Below, one piece after another: positions 28,875 through 38,599 of a DNA stretch of 45,092 bases. Source of the DNA: Flavobacteriales bacterium (GTDB taxonomy: Bacteria; Bacteroidota; Bacteroidia; Flavobacteriales; Flavobacteriaceae). Position 1 is the stretch's first letter, and each line of letters opens with the position of its first letter. The translations under genes and the position numbers were made by a program. The notes below the pieces were generated by a model. That model saw nothing but the letters and a program-made list of their open reading frames with translations. It was not told where the DNA came from and did no database searches. The stretch is taken from positions 1-45,092 of the forward strand of contig JALSPZ010000109.1 of NCBI GenBank assembly GCA_026985675.1, given 5' to 3'.

Positions 28875-29903
28875 TTATTTTAAAAGAACGGATTTATACT
28901 TGTCAAAATTTTTCAAGACCGTTCCGGTCCCTCTTACTACTGCACGCAACGGATCCTCGGAAATATATACAGGCAAACCGGTTTTTTGTGAAATTCGTTT
29001 ATCAAAACCTCTAAGCAATGAGCCCCCTCCGGCTAAATATATTCCGGAATTGTATATATCAGAAGAAAGTTCCGGTGGCGTTTTGGCAAGCGTTTCCATA
29101 ACAGCATCTTCAACTCTTAACAAAGATTTATCCAGTGCTTTTGCCACTTCTTTGTAAGAAACAGTCACTTGTTTGGGTTTTCCAGTTAGTAAATCCCTAC
29201 CTTGAACGGCAATATCTTCCGGAGGATTTTCAAGTTCGTCAATGGCAGAACCAACTTCAATTTTTATTCTTTCGGCGGTTCGTTCACCAATATGCAAATT
29301 ATGTTGGGTTCTCATATAGTAGATTATATCGGAAGTGAAAATATCCCCTGCAATTTTAACCGATTTTTCTACGGTTATTCCCCCAATTGAAATAACGGCG
29401 ATTTCAGTAGTTCCTCCGCCGATATCTATTATCATATTTCCTTTGGGTTTGGTAATATCAACTCCCAAACCGATAGCAGCAGCCATAGGTTCATGTATCA
29501 AATATACTTCCGATGCATTTACTTTTTCTGCGGAGTCGCGGACTGCTCTTTTTTCAACTTCGGTAATTCCAGAAGGAATACAGATTATCATTTTGAGTTT
29601 CGGTGGTATCCATTTCTTCTTTATTGCTGGAATTTGACGAATAAATTCCATAATCATTTTTTCTGAAGCCTCAAAGTCTGCTATAACTCCGTCTTTAAGT
29701 GGACGAATGATTTTAATATTTTCGTGCGTTTTCCCTTGCATCAAAGCAGCTTCTTTACCTACTGCTATTAACTCACCGCTTAATATATCTTTGGCAACAA
29801 TCGAAGGACTGTCAACAACTACCTTATCCCTATGGATAATAAGCGTGTTGGCTGTCCCTAAATCTATTGCAATTTCTTCAGTGTAAAAATTAAAAAATCC
29901 CAT
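28875..29903 (-). CDS. mreB: Rod shape-determining protein MreB (actin-like ATPase)
   Basis: 342-aa ORF with the motifs IAIDLGTANTLI, HEPMAAAIG, DIGGGTTE and LAGGGSLLRG. Confidence 0.97.
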   Translation of the reverse strand: MGFFNFYTEEIAIDLGTANTLIIHRDKVVVDSPSIVAKDILSGELIAVGKEAALMQGKTHENIKIIRPLKDGVIADFEASEKMIMEFIRQIPAIKKKWIPPKLKMIICIPSGITEVEKRAVRDSAEKVNASEVYLIHEPMAAAIGLGVDITKPKGNMIIDIGGGTTEIAVISIGGITVEKSVKIAGDIFTSDIIYYMRTQHNLHIGERTAERIKIEVGSAIDELENPPEDIAVQGRDLLTGKPKQVTVSYKEVAKALDKSLLRVEDAVMETLAKTPPELSSDIYNSGIYLAGGGSLLRGFDKRISQKTGLPVYISEDPLRAVVRGTGTVLKNFDKYKSVLLK

Positions 29904-30061
29904 GGGTTAAATTATAATTTTAATATTAAATTAATATAATATTTTAATTTACAAATTTATGAAATAAAAATTTTTTTATTGTAATAAAAACAGTATTTTT
30001 TCGTCTATAAGTTAAATTATTATTTTATAATATTTATGATAATTAAGATATCAACGAAATT

Positions 30062-31318
30062 ATGAAGAAAAGATTATTTTTAATTCTGGAAAGTTTCAAA
30101 TTTGCATATAAATCATTGCGAACAAATCTTTTACGAACCTCTCTTTCTTTGCTGGGGGTAACGATCGGTATTTTTTCTATTGTTGCCATTTACTCATCTA
30201 TTGATGCTTTGAATAACAAGATTATGGATTCTATGAGTAAATTCGGACAAAATACGTTATATATAACCAAATTTAGTTTTGGAAACCGGTCTGCTGTCCC
30301 TCGTTGGAAAAGAAAAAACTTTCCGTTTCCTACAATAAATGAATACAAAAAATTAAAAAAAGTTATTCCCGATGATCAAGTAAAAGCTATAACTTTTAGA
30401 ATATTTATGCCTGCTACTACTGTAAAAGTTCCCGGAAAAACCTCCGTTTCTGGAGTGGAACTAGTTGCCGATGGCGCGGATTTTCCAAAAATAGATCGTT
30501 TGGATTTTCAAGGAGGAAGATTTTTTAATAATTTGGAAGACGAACAGGGGAAACCTGTTGCGGTAATAGGCGCCGATATCAAAGATGCTTTATTTGGTAA
30601 TGAAAATCCGATTGGAAAATCGATTAGAATTTATGGAAAAAAAGTAAAAATAATAGGTTTTTTAAAAAAAGAAGGAAGCAGTGTAGGACCTTCCAACGAT
30701 TCAAGGATATTTATTCCATCAAGTTTTGCCAGAACCATTTTAAATCCCAATAGGATTTTTACAGCAATTATTGTAGCACCCAAAGAAAATACGGATATGG
30801 ATAAATTAACGGATTTTATTACAATGAAATTAAGGAAAATTAGAAAATTGAAACCAACGGAAGGAAATAATTTTTTTGTAAACAATATCAATACTTTTAG
30901 AGATGAAATTGAAAAAATGACCAAAATTTTAAAAATCGGCGGTAGTATATTGGCATTGTTTTCATTGTTGATCGGGGCTTTTGGAATTGCTAACATAATG
31001 TTTGTTTCAGTGAAAGAAAGAACCAATCAAATTGGTATTCAAAAAGCTTTGGGGTCTAACAATTCTTTTATTCTTTGGCAATTTTTGTTTGAGTCGGTAT
31101 TGTTATCTTTGGTGGGGGGAATTGTAGGAATTCTGTTGGTGGTAGCGGGAGCGAAAATCCTTACCACACAGATAGACGATTTTTCCATGCATGTAAGCAT
31201 TCAAAATATTTTGTTAGGGCTAATTATTTCTTCGATTATTGGTATTATAGCCGGACTTTTGCCTGCTTGGAAAGCAGCAAAACTAAACCCCGTTGAAGCT
31301 ATTAGAACCGGAATGTAA
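30062..31318 (+). CDS. ABC transporter permease, MacB/FtsX family
   Basis: 418-aa ORF with an N-terminal TM helix, a MacB-type periplasmic domain and a C-terminal FtsX 3-TM module (KERTNQIGIQKALGS...). Confidence 0.85.
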   Translation: MKKRLFLILESFKFAYKSLRTNLLRTSLSLLGVTIGIFSIVAIYSSIDALNNKIMDSMSKFGQNTLYITKFSFGNRSAVPRWKRKNFPFPTINEYKKLKKVIPDDQVKAITFRIFMPATTVKVPGKTSVSGVELVADGADFPKIDRLDFQGGRFFNNLEDEQGKPVAVIGADIKDALFGNENPIGKSIRIYGKKVKIIGFLKKEGSSVGPSNDSRIFIPSSFARTILNPNRIFTAIIVAPKENTDMDKLTDFITMKLRKIRKLKPTEGNNFFVNNINTFRDEIEKMTKILKIGGSILALFSLLIGAFGIANIMFVSVKERTNQIGIQKALGSNNSFILWQFLFESVLLSLVGGIVGILLVVAGAKILTTQIDDFSMHVSIQNILLGLIISSIIGIIAGLLPAWKAAKLNPVEAIRTGM

Positions 31319-31480
31319 TTCTATAAAATATTGTTGTAAAATCAATTTCGCCTAAATGTTTTTATTAAAACAAAAGTAATATTTTGATTTATAATAAGTT
31401 AAGAGCATTTTTAAGCGTTAGGGGTTAGACTCACAGGTGAATGAATCTATCCTCTACGGCATACGAGGATTATTCTAAAA

Positions 31481-33421
31481 TTAAGATTTACCTGTTATTG
31501 TTAACCTGTTTTCCAACAATCTATTTTTATATTGTTGAATAAATGCTTTAAGTTTAGGAAGCATTGAATTGATGATTTTCAAATGATTTTCCATTATATT
31601 TTTTTGAAGCTGATTATCTTTTTTATAATTATAAAGGGCTAAAACCTTTTCAGGCATTTCTTGAAATAAAAGAAGATAATCACCTTGATAAAACTGCCAA
31701 GTATTGTTGTTATAATTAATGACAAATGGTTTTTTTTCGGATTGCGGATCATTTCCAAAAGAAACAAAATCTCCCGAATAATGTATTTGCCTTAACAGTC
31801 GAGGCATAATGTCAATTTGTTGAGTTAAGGTGGAGTCTATTTTTATATTTTTAGTATTTCCTGGTTCAAAAATTATCAAAGGAATGTCATAGCGTCCTTT
31901 GAGCGAATTATATTCCTGTAAATAGGTTTGGTTACAATGATCAGCCGTTATTACAAATATTGTATTATAATACCAAGAGCTTTGACTTGCCTTTTTAAAA
32001 AAATTTTTTAGTGAAAAATCCGTATATTGAATAACTTTATGAATGGGTAATTTCCCTTCTTTAAATTTATTTTCAAAACCTTTGGGCAATTTAAACGGGT
32101 GATGGGAAGAAAGCGTAAAAACACTGGCGATAAAGGGTTGTTTGAAAGTATCCAATTGTTTAGTCATAAACGATAAGAATTTGTTATCGGGAATACCCCA
32201 ATATCCGTCAAAGTCATCGGGTTTCCCATACTCATTCATTCCGTAATACTCATCAAAACCGGCCATTTTAGTTATGGCATCAAATCCCATAGAGCCGTTG
32301 GGCGCCCCATGAAAAAAGGCGGTTTTATAACCTTTTTCTTTAAGTAGTTTACCAAGTCCGTTGATATCGTCCGTAGCATAAGGCGATAAAACAAAAGGTT
32401 GTATTAATGAAGGGATAGAGGTCAAAACGGAAGGTATGGCATCAATTGATTTTCGTCCATTGGCATGTGCATTAACAAAACTATGACTGACACCGGCTAA
32501 ACTATCTAAAAAAGGCGTATATCCTTTGTAATTTTTTACATTCTTGTTAAAAAAACCCGTATATTCTTTGGCTAAACTTTCTACAATGATAATAACAATG
32601 TTTTTCTTTTGCAAAGCTATGCTATCTCGAAAATGCTTAACCGGAGTATAAATTTTTTCAACTGTTGAATCATCATAATATCGAACTTTTTTAAAGCCTT
32701 TTTTTCCCAGAGTTCTTAATAAAGTAAATGGTGTATTGAGAACTATTGCCATCTCTAAGGGTTTGTTGGTATAGGCGGCTGCATTATTCAAATTAATTGG
32801 TCGGGTAGTTCGGGTAAATCCACCTCGAATAGCTACAATGGAAAAATATAAAACTATTAATAAAATAAGAAGAGAATAAGGATAAAAAGTCCAATTCGTT
32901 TGCTTGAAATCTGTAGTTATTTTTTCTGTAAACCTATACCATTTAATCAATAAATAGATGAAAAACACCCAAAGCAAAACTCCCCACCAAAAATCTTTGA
33001 TAAACTGGATGACTAACAAACCGATATTGGATTCGCCGGCAAACATGAACACTTCTGCCGTTGAACGTTTTAATACATAACCAAAATAGAAAATATCTCC
33101 GGTATTCATCAAAAATCCTATGGAATTTAATATAATGAACAACCAAAAAAGAAATTTTTTGTAATATTTATTTTTTCTGGATTTTAAGGGTATTAGATAT
33201 AAAAAAAGGAAAATCAAATTCAGATATAAAACACCTGTCAAATCAAAACGGAGACCGCCTTTCATCATTCTTATAAGATCGGAAATTTCTACATCGGGAA
33301 ATTGAGAACGATTATAGACAAAAAATATAATCCGGAATATTTGATAAATTATTAATAAAAAAACTATCTTTAAAATAGCGGAAGCTAGATCAGATAAGAT
33401 ATTTTTTAAAGTTTGTTTCAT
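31481..33421 (-). CDS. LTA synthase family protein / sulfatase-like phosphotransferase (alkaline phosphatase superfamily)
   Basis: 646-aa ORF with about 5 N-terminal TM helices followed by a sulfatase-type extracytoplasmic domain (IIIVESLAKEY, HGAPNGSMGFD, VITADHC). Confidence 0.8.
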   Translation of the reverse strand: MKQTLKNILSDLASAILKIVFLLIIYQIFRIIFFVYNRSQFPDVEISDLIRMMKGGLRFDLTGVLYLNLIFLFLYLIPLKSRKNKYYKKFLFWLFIILNSIGFLMNTGDIFYFGYVLKRSTAEVFMFAGESNIGLLVIQFIKDFWWGVLLWVFFIYLLIKWYRFTEKITTDFKQTNWTFYPYSLLILLIVLYFSIVAIRGGFTRTTRPINLNNAAAYTNKPLEMAIVLNTPFTLLRTLGKKGFKKVRYYDDSTVEKIYTPVKHFRDSIALQKKNIVIIIVESLAKEYTGFFNKNVKNYKGYTPFLDSLAGVSHSFVNAHANGRKSIDAIPSVLTSIPSLIQPFVLSPYATDDINGLGKLLKEKGYKTAFFHGAPNGSMGFDAITKMAGFDEYYGMNEYGKPDDFDGYWGIPDNKFLSFMTKQLDTFKQPFIASVFTLSSHHPFKLPKGFENKFKEGKLPIHKVIQYTDFSLKNFFKKASQSSWYYNTIFVITADHCNQTYLQEYNSLKGRYDIPLIIFEPGNTKNIKIDSTLTQQIDIMPRLLRQIHYSGDFVSFGNDPQSEKKPFVINYNNNTWQFYQGDYLLLFQEMPEKVLALYNYKKDNQLQKNIMENHLKIINSMLPKLKAFIQQYKNRLLENRLTITGKS

Positions 33422-33444
33422 TATTGATTAAGCTGTTTTATCTA

Positions 33445-34530
33445 CTATAAAAAAGGAAGTTTGACAATTTCAGCCGGAACTTGTTTTTTTCTGATTTGAA
33501 TAAAAATTTCATTTCCGAGTTTGGAATTTTCAACGGTTACATAACCCATTCCAATGGGTTTTTTTAAACTGGGAGACATAGTTCCGGAAGTTACAAAACC
33601 AATTTTTTTGCCATTTCGGTCAATTATATCATAACCATGTCTGGGAATCCCTTTTTCTTTCAATTCAAAACCGACTAATTTTCTTTCAACTCCTTCTTCT
33701 TTTTGCTTTTTTATGTTTTTGGCATTAATAAAATCTTTGGTAAATTTTGTTATCCAGCCCAAACCCGCTTCAATCGGGGAAGTGGTTTCATCGATATCAT
33801 TGCCATATAGACAATATCCTTTTTCCAGACGTAAAGTATCACGAGCGGCAAGTCCGGCAGGTTTTATACCGAATTCTTTTCCTTTATCAAAAAGTTCGTT
33901 CCATATATCTTCGGTAAAATCTTTATAAACATATATTTCGTAACCTTTTTCCCCTGTATATCCAGTAGCAGATACTAAAATATTTTGGTGTCCGGCAATA
34001 TCGGCGGTCGTCCAAGTATAAAATTTCAGATTTTGTAAATTGGCGGAATCACTGGCTAATTTTTGCATCAGCTCGGGAGATTTAGGACCTTGCACAGCCA
34101 AAATACTGTAATTGTCCGAAAGGTTTTGTAATTTGATATCATAATTCGGAGCAAAACGATTAATCCATTCCCAATCTTTATCGATATTGGCTCCGTTTAC
34201 CACCAACATATATTCATTATCTCCCAATTGATAAACCAATAAATCATCAACAATTCCGTTTTTATCATTAGGAAAACAAGAATACTGAACTTTTCCCGGT
34301 TTTAACTTCGCTACATCATTACAAGTGATATATTGCAAAAAATCCAAGCTTTGTGGTCCTTCTACAAAGAAATTTCCCATATGTGAAACATCAAAAACAC
34401 CTACATTATTTCTGACGTTTTCATGTTCGAGATTAATCCCTTCATATTGAATAGGCATTTCAAAACCTGCAAACTCTACCATTTTGGCGCCTAAATTTTT
34501 ATGTATTTTATTGAGTGCTGTGGTTTTCAT
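33445..34530 (-). CDS. gcvT: Glycine cleavage system aminomethyltransferase GcvT
   Basis: The start is taken at MKTTALNKIH (34530). The sequence is collinear with GcvT (FAGFEMPIQY, VFDVSHMG, RDTLRLE, EAGLGW). The 30 extra N-terminal codons in the track ORF run into the ssrA terminator. Confidence 0.93.
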   Translation of the reverse strand: MKTTALNKIHKNLGAKMVEFAGFEMPIQYEGINLEHENVRNNVGVFDVSHMGNFFVEGPQSLDFLQYITCNDVAKLKPGKVQYSCFPNDKNGIVDDLLVYQLGDNEYMLVVNGANIDKDWEWINRFAPNYDIKLQNLSDNYSILAVQGPKSPELMQKLASDSANLQNLKFYTWTTADIAGHQNILVSATGYTGEKGYEIYVYKDFTEDIWNELFDKGKEFGIKPAGLAARDTLRLEKGYCLYGNDIDETTSPIEAGLGWITKFTKDFINAKNIKKQKEEGVERKLVGFELKEKGIPRHGYDIIDRNGKKIGFVTSGTMSPSLKKPIGMGYVTVENSKLGNEIFIQIRKKQVPAEIVKLPFL

Positions 34531-34610
34531 TAAAAATTTTTTAAAAATTTCTTGGCTAAAATAAGACTTTTTATCAAAAAAAATATTGATTTTGCTTGTT
34601 AAAATTGTAT

Positions 34611-34641
34611 TAAAAATCAAAAGCTGCCGTAAAGGCAGCTT
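34611..34641 (-). terminator. Rho-independent terminator downstream of ssrA
   Basis: 8-bp stem 34621-34628/34634-34641 (AAGCTGCC/GGCAGCTT). The minus strand continues TTGATTTTT. It begins 11 nt after the tmRNA 3' end. Confidence 0.7.
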
Positions 34642-34651
34642 TTAATTGTAG

Positions 34652-35050
34652 TGGAGTCGGAGGGAATCGAACCCTCGTCCACACAAGTCATTGCCATGCT
34701 TTCTACATGCTTAGTCTGTGTTTATTTTTTCGACTTTGAGCTGTCCACAGACAAACTACTCAAAGCTTAGCTTCTAAGGTTTCGGAAATGCTTCGAAGCC
34801 AAACATCTCCTAGACTTACTTTTACGAAGCCCCATGACCGGACGCCGTAAGTCAAGGCTTCCGAGGGACTTCTTGCCTTCCTGCCTTGCAGGAACGTTGG
34901 CTTAATCCTTACTATACTTCGGGATTAAGCAGCAAGAGCGAAGTTGTTTTCGCCGTTTATTGTGTTTGATGCATGAGATTTACGAGCTGTGCATCAGCGC
35001 TCGGCATGCTTACATGTCAATGAATCTTGTTGTCAAATCCAGTCGACCCC
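34652..35050 (-). ncRNA. ssrA: tmRNA (SsrA), about 399 nt
   Basis: The minus strand starts GGGGTCGACTGGATTTGAC and ends GGACGAGGGTTCGATTCCCTCCGACTCCA. The acceptor stem GGGGTCG/CGACTCC has a G3:U pair, and the T-arm is GAGGG-TTCGATT-CCCTC. The internal tag ORF GGC GAA AAC AAC TTC GCT CTT GCT GCT TAA (34925-34954) encodes GENNFALAA. Confidence 0.92.
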
Positions 35051-35059
35051 TTATTGAGG

Positions 35060-35091
35060 CAAAAATACTACAAAAATTATGCCTTTGTCAA
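35060..35091 (-). promoter_or_regulatory. Candidate ssrA promoter
   Basis: The minus strand reads TTGACA (35086-35091), then 18 nt, then TATTTTTG (35060-35067, an exact TAnnTTTG match). The -7 box ends 9 nt upstream of the mature tmRNA 5' end. Confidence 0.5.
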
Positions 35092-35246
35092 GTTTTTTTT
35101 AATTTTATATCATTTAAACTATAAGATAAAGCATCAGCGTAGTAAAATTTTAATATAAATTTTATTGTAGTTTATATTTTGGCACGAAATTTGTAACTTT
35201 TTAGTTGTGAGATTTTTTTCATAGTTGAGTTATTTTGGTTAAAGGG

Positions 35247-35282
35247 AAACCGCTGTATTATTTTACAGCGGTTTTCTTTTTT
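35247..35282 (+). terminator. Orphan rho-independent terminator between the ssrA promoter and the tex promoter
   Basis: 11-bp stem AAACCGCTGTA (35247-35257) / TACAGCGGTTT (35264-35274) with a 6-nt loop, followed by TTCTTTTTT. There is no ORF upstream on the plus strand. Confidence 0.65.
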
Positions 35283-35300
35283 CAATAAGAAAAATTCAAT

Positions 35301-35308
35301 TATTTTTG
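35301..35308 (+). promoter_or_regulatory. Candidate -7 box of the tex promoter
   Basis: TATTTTTG is an exact TAnnTTTG match, 19 nt upstream of the ATG at 35327. It overlaps the alternative starts at 35306/35309, which argues against them. Confidence 0.45.
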
Positions 35309-35326
35309 ATGTTAAATAATTTTTAT

Positions 35327-37447
35327 ATGATTAGCACTTTTATTAGTAGAAAATTAAACTTGCCCGAATATCAAATTAATAAAACACTTGACTTATTATC
35401 ACAAGATTACACGGTTCCTTTTATAGCCAGATATCGCAAAGAAGCTACCGGGAATTTAGATGAAATCACGATTTTTGAGATTCAGAAACAAAAAAAACTT
35501 TTGGATGAATTGGATAAACGCAAACAATTTATTTTGAATACTTTAAAGGAACAAGGTGTTTTGTCTGATGAACTAAAAAGTAAAATACAGGAAACTTACG
35601 ATACGCATTTACTGGAAGATATATATTTACCATATAAGAAAAAGAGGAAGACCAAGGCAGATAAAGCTCGTAAAGCCGGTTTGGAACCTTTGGCTAAAAT
35701 AATTATGGCTCAAAATCATACTGGAATTAAAAATATTGCAAAAAAATATATTTGTAAAGACTATCCCGGTGTAGATAAAGTTATAGAAGGGGCTTTGCAT
35801 ATTATAGCCGAATGGGTCAACGAAAATATTTGGGTTAGAAATTTTTTACGAAAAATATTTTTAAGGTCGGCTGTTATTCATTCTCAAATTGTTTTGGAGA
35901 AAAAAGAACAAGAAAAAGCACAAAAATATTCCGATTATTTTGATTGGAACGAGCCTCTTAAATCTTGTCCATCTCATCGCTTGTTGGCTATATTAAGAGG
36001 GGAAAAAGAGGGCTTTCTTCGTTTAAAACTTATAGTGGATAAAGAAGAAACATTATCTGTTATCAATAAAAAATTTATAAAAAGATTTTCTACTACATCC
36101 GAATGGATTGAAAAAGCGGTAACTGATGCTTATAAGCGTTTATTGGAACCTTCCGTATCCACAGAGACTATAAATAAATATAAAGAAAAGGCTGAAAAAG
36201 AAGCCATTAAAGTTTTTGCTGAAAATTTGCGTCAATTACTAATGGCTTCTCCATTGGGAGAAAAAAATGTCTTGGCTATTGACCCGGGATTTAGAACCGG
36301 TTGCAAGATTGCGATACTAAGTAAAACCGGAGATTATCTTTTTTATGAGACAATTTTTCCACATCCTCCAAAAAATCAAAAAGAAGAAGCCGTATCGAAA
36401 CTATTGAATTTGATTGATAAATATAAAATCGAAGCTATTGGTATTGGAAACGGAACTGCCGCCAGGGAAACCGAAAATTTTGTAAAAAGTATAAATTTTA
36501 AAAAAACTGTTCCGGTTTTCTCAGTTAATGAAGCGGGAGCATCCATTTATTCTGCTTCGGAAGTTGCAAGGGAAGAATTTCCGGATTTGGATTTAACGGT
36601 TAGAGGGGCTGTTTCTATCGGTAGAAGATTGCAAGATCCATTGGCTGAGCTTGTTAAAATCGACCCGAAATCAATAGGAGTTGGACAATATCAGCATGAT
36701 GTTAATCAAAAATTATTGAAAGAAGAATTGGAGCATGTAGTGCAAAGTGTTGTAAATAATGTTGGAGTGAATTTAAATACTGCAAGTAAATATCTTTTAA
36801 AATATGTGTCGGGAATAGGAGATAAGTTGGCTCAACAGATAGTGGAATACAGAACCCTTTACGGTGCTTTTGAAGCAAGAAAAGATTTATTAAAAGTAAA
36901 AGGTCTGGGAAAAAAAGCTTTTGAACAATCGGCGGGTTTTTTAAGAATTAAAGAAGGGAAAAATCCTTTGGATGCTACGGGAATACACCCCGAGGCTTAT
37001 TTTCTAGTAGAAAAAATTGCAAAAAAAATAGGACTTTCAGTGGAAAAAATTATTGCCAATGATCAAATATTGCAAACCATTAATCTTAATGATTTTGTAA
37101 CGGAAAAATTCGGATTACCCAGTTTGTTGGATATTATCAAAGAGCTTAAAAAACCTGGAATGGATATTAGAAAACCATTGGAAAATTTTAGTTTTGATCC
37201 GGAATTAAAAAATATTGACGATTTGGTTATTGGTAAAATTTATCCCGCTTTGGTTAATAATATAACTAATTTCGGTTGTTTTGTTGATTTGGGAATCAAG
37301 GAAAACGGATTGATACATATTTCAAATCTTTCGGCTAGTTTTGTTAAGGATCCCAATGATATGGTAAAGCTCAATCAAGCAGTAAGGGTCAAAGTGTTAA
37401 GTATTGATAAAGATAGAAAACGGATTGGTTTGGCTTTGATACAGTAA
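35327..37447 (+). CDS. tex: Tex-like transcription accessory protein (YqgF/RuvX-like, HhH and S1 RNA-binding domains)
   Basis: Contains the Tex N-terminal signature TVPFIARYRKEATGNLDE, a YqgF-like region (LAIDPGFRTGCKIA), HhH repeats and a C-terminal S1 domain (GKIYPALVNNITNFGCFVDLG...GLIHIS). Confidence 0.9.
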   Translation: MISTFISRKLNLPEYQINKTLDLLSQDYTVPFIARYRKEATGNLDEITIFEIQKQKKLLDELDKRKQFILNTLKEQGVLSDELKSKIQETYDTHLLEDIYLPYKKKRKTKADKARKAGLEPLAKIIMAQNHTGIKNIAKKYICKDYPGVDKVIEGALHIIAEWVNENIWVRNFLRKIFLRSAVIHSQIVLEKKEQEKAQKYSDYFDWNEPLKSCPSHRLLAILRGEKEGFLRLKLIVDKEETLSVINKKFIKRFSTTSEWIEKAVTDAYKRLLEPSVSTETINKYKEKAEKEAIKVFAENLRQLLMASPLGEKNVLAIDPGFRTGCKIAILSKTGDYLFYETIFPHPPKNQKEEAVSKLLNLIDKYKIEAIGIGNGTAARETENFVKSINFKKTVPVFSVNEAGASIYSASEVAREEFPDLDLTVRGAVSIGRRLQDPLAELVKIDPKSIGVGQYQHDVNQKLLKEELEHVVQSVVNNVGVNLNTASKYLLKYVSGIGDKLAQQIVEYRTLYGAFEARKDLLKVKGLGKKAFEQSAGFLRIKEGKNPLDATGIHPEAYFLVEKIAKKIGLSVEKIIANDQILQTINLNDFVTEKFGLPSLLDIIKELKKPGMDIRKPLENFSFDPELKNIDDLVIGKIYPALVNNITNFGCFVDLGIKENGLIHISNLSASFVKDPNDMVKLNQAVRVKVLSIDKDRKRIGLALIQ

Positions 37448-37450
37448 AAA

Positions 37451-37476
37451 AGCAGCGAATTTTCGCTGCTTTTTTG
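37451..37476 (+). terminator. Rho-independent terminator after tex
   Basis: AGCAGCG (37451-37457) / CGCTGCT (37464-37470) followed by T6 and preceded by A5. It starts 4 nt after the stop codon. Confidence 0.85.
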
Positions 37477-37653
37477 TTAATTAACCAAAAAATTATTTAT
37501 TATGAAAAAAACGTATTGTAGTTTTTAACTTTTGATGCTGCAAATATAGAAAGACCTTTGTTATAAAAATATCGATAAACGAATTTATAATATCGAATGC
37601 ATTAAAAATCAGTTAAAAAAATATTAAAAATATTTTTTTTAGAAGCATTTTTA

Positions 37654-37661
37654 TATTTTTG
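37654..37661 (+). promoter_or_regulatory. Candidate -7 box upstream of the AraC-family gene
   Basis: TATTTTTG is an exact TAnnTTTG match, ending 20 nt upstream of the ATG at 37682. Confidence 0.4.
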
Positions 37662-37681
37662 TAATAAGATATCAAAATTAT

Positions 37682-38539
37682 ATGGAAAAAATATTCGAAT
37701 TGATAAATATAGATAAAGGATTGGTTGTAGGAAAAAGCAAGGAAACCGTAAAAGACTCTTATCGTTTCAATACTGTAAAATCTGATTTATACATACAATT
37801 TCATTTTGTTTTGGAAAAAAATCTTAGCTTTAAGATTTTGGGAGGAACATATACACTTCCCCTTCAAGCGGGTGAATCTTTATTTTTTTTTAATCCGAAG
37901 AATATTATTCCGATAAAGGTTTTGATACTGCCGGGGGTTAAAATACTTTCTTTGCTTTTTTCATTAGATGCTTTTCACGAAATTATTGATGATGAGGCAG
38001 TTGATTTTAAATTTTTAAATCCGAAAAATATTAAGAAAAAACTTTATGAAAAAAGAGATATGAGTATTCAAGAGAAATTGATTATTCAACAAATTTTTCG
38101 ACGAGAAATCGATACAAAATTTGATATTTTATTTATTAAAGCAAAAATCATAGAATTTTTGTCTTATTATTTTAAGGAAGATAATACAGCGGAAGAAATT
38201 TGTAAAGGTTTAAAAAATAAAGAAACAGTTGAAAAAATAAAAAAAGCCAAAAAAATAATGATTGCCCACATAAATGAACCGCCGACAGTTGAAGATTTAT
38301 CTGCAAAAGTGGGTTTGCCGATTAATGTTTTTAAGAAAGCTTTTAAGGCATATTATGGACTGCCGGTTTATAAATACTTGTTAAATTATAAATTGGATTT
38401 GTCCAAACAATTGTTATTAAGCGGAGATTACAGTGTTAAAGAAGTAGCCTATAAATTGGGTTATAGCGCTCCTACTCATTTTATTGTAGCATTTAAAAAT
38501 AAATTTGGTATCACGCCAAGAAAATTTATGAAAGGTTAA
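37682..38539 (+). CDS. AraC family transcriptional regulator
   Basis: 285-aa ORF with a C-terminal double HTH of AraC/XylS type (PPTVEDLSAKVGLPINVFKKAFKAYYG...VKEVAYKLGYSAPTHFIVAFKNKFGITPRKF). I do not recognise the N-terminal domain. Confidence 0.85.
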   Translation: MEKIFELINIDKGLVVGKSKETVKDSYRFNTVKSDLYIQFHFVLEKNLSFKILGGTYTLPLQAGESLFFFNPKNIIPIKVLILPGVKILSLLFSLDAFHEIIDDEAVDFKFLNPKNIKKKLYEKRDMSIQEKLIIQQIFRREIDTKFDILFIKAKIIEFLSYYFKEDNTAEEICKGLKNKETVEKIKKAKKIMIAHINEPPTVEDLSAKVGLPINVFKKAFKAYYGLPVYKYLLNYKLDLSKQLLLSGDYSVKEVAYKLGYSAPTHFIVAFKNKFGITPRKFMKG

Positions 38540-38599
38540 TAAAGTTATATATAAATTTTTTTTAGCCTGAATTTATTATTATTTTTACAAAAAAAAATT

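Noticed and set aside
31419-31470. Locally GC-richer patch with hairpin ATCCTC-N10-GAGGAT in the convergent intergenic region between the ABC permease and the LTA-synthase-like gene. I considered an ncRNA or a gene remnant.
   Set aside because: The stem is short, the loop is large and neither strand has a clear T-tail. I saw no tRNA- or tmRNA-like features, no coding frame and no repeat elsewhere in the window. At most it is a weak bidirectional terminator.
34531-34620. 30-codon N-terminal extension of gcvT in the ORF track (start at 34620).
   Set aside because: The extension runs right up to the ssrA terminator hairpin and encodes an unconserved-looking peptide (MIFNTILTSKINIFFDKK...). GcvT homology begins at MKTTALNKIH (34530).
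34531-34650. Possible glycine riboswitch upstream of gcvT.
   Set aside because: Only about 90 nt of almost pure A/T separates the ssrA terminator from the gcvT start. None of the conserved GC-containing glycine-aptamer cores is visible.
34611-35050. Genomic island or integrated element at the tmRNA 3' end, a classic integration site.
   Set aside because: ssrA is followed directly by its terminator and the core gene gcvT. There is no integrase and no visible duplication of the ssrA 3' end in the window.
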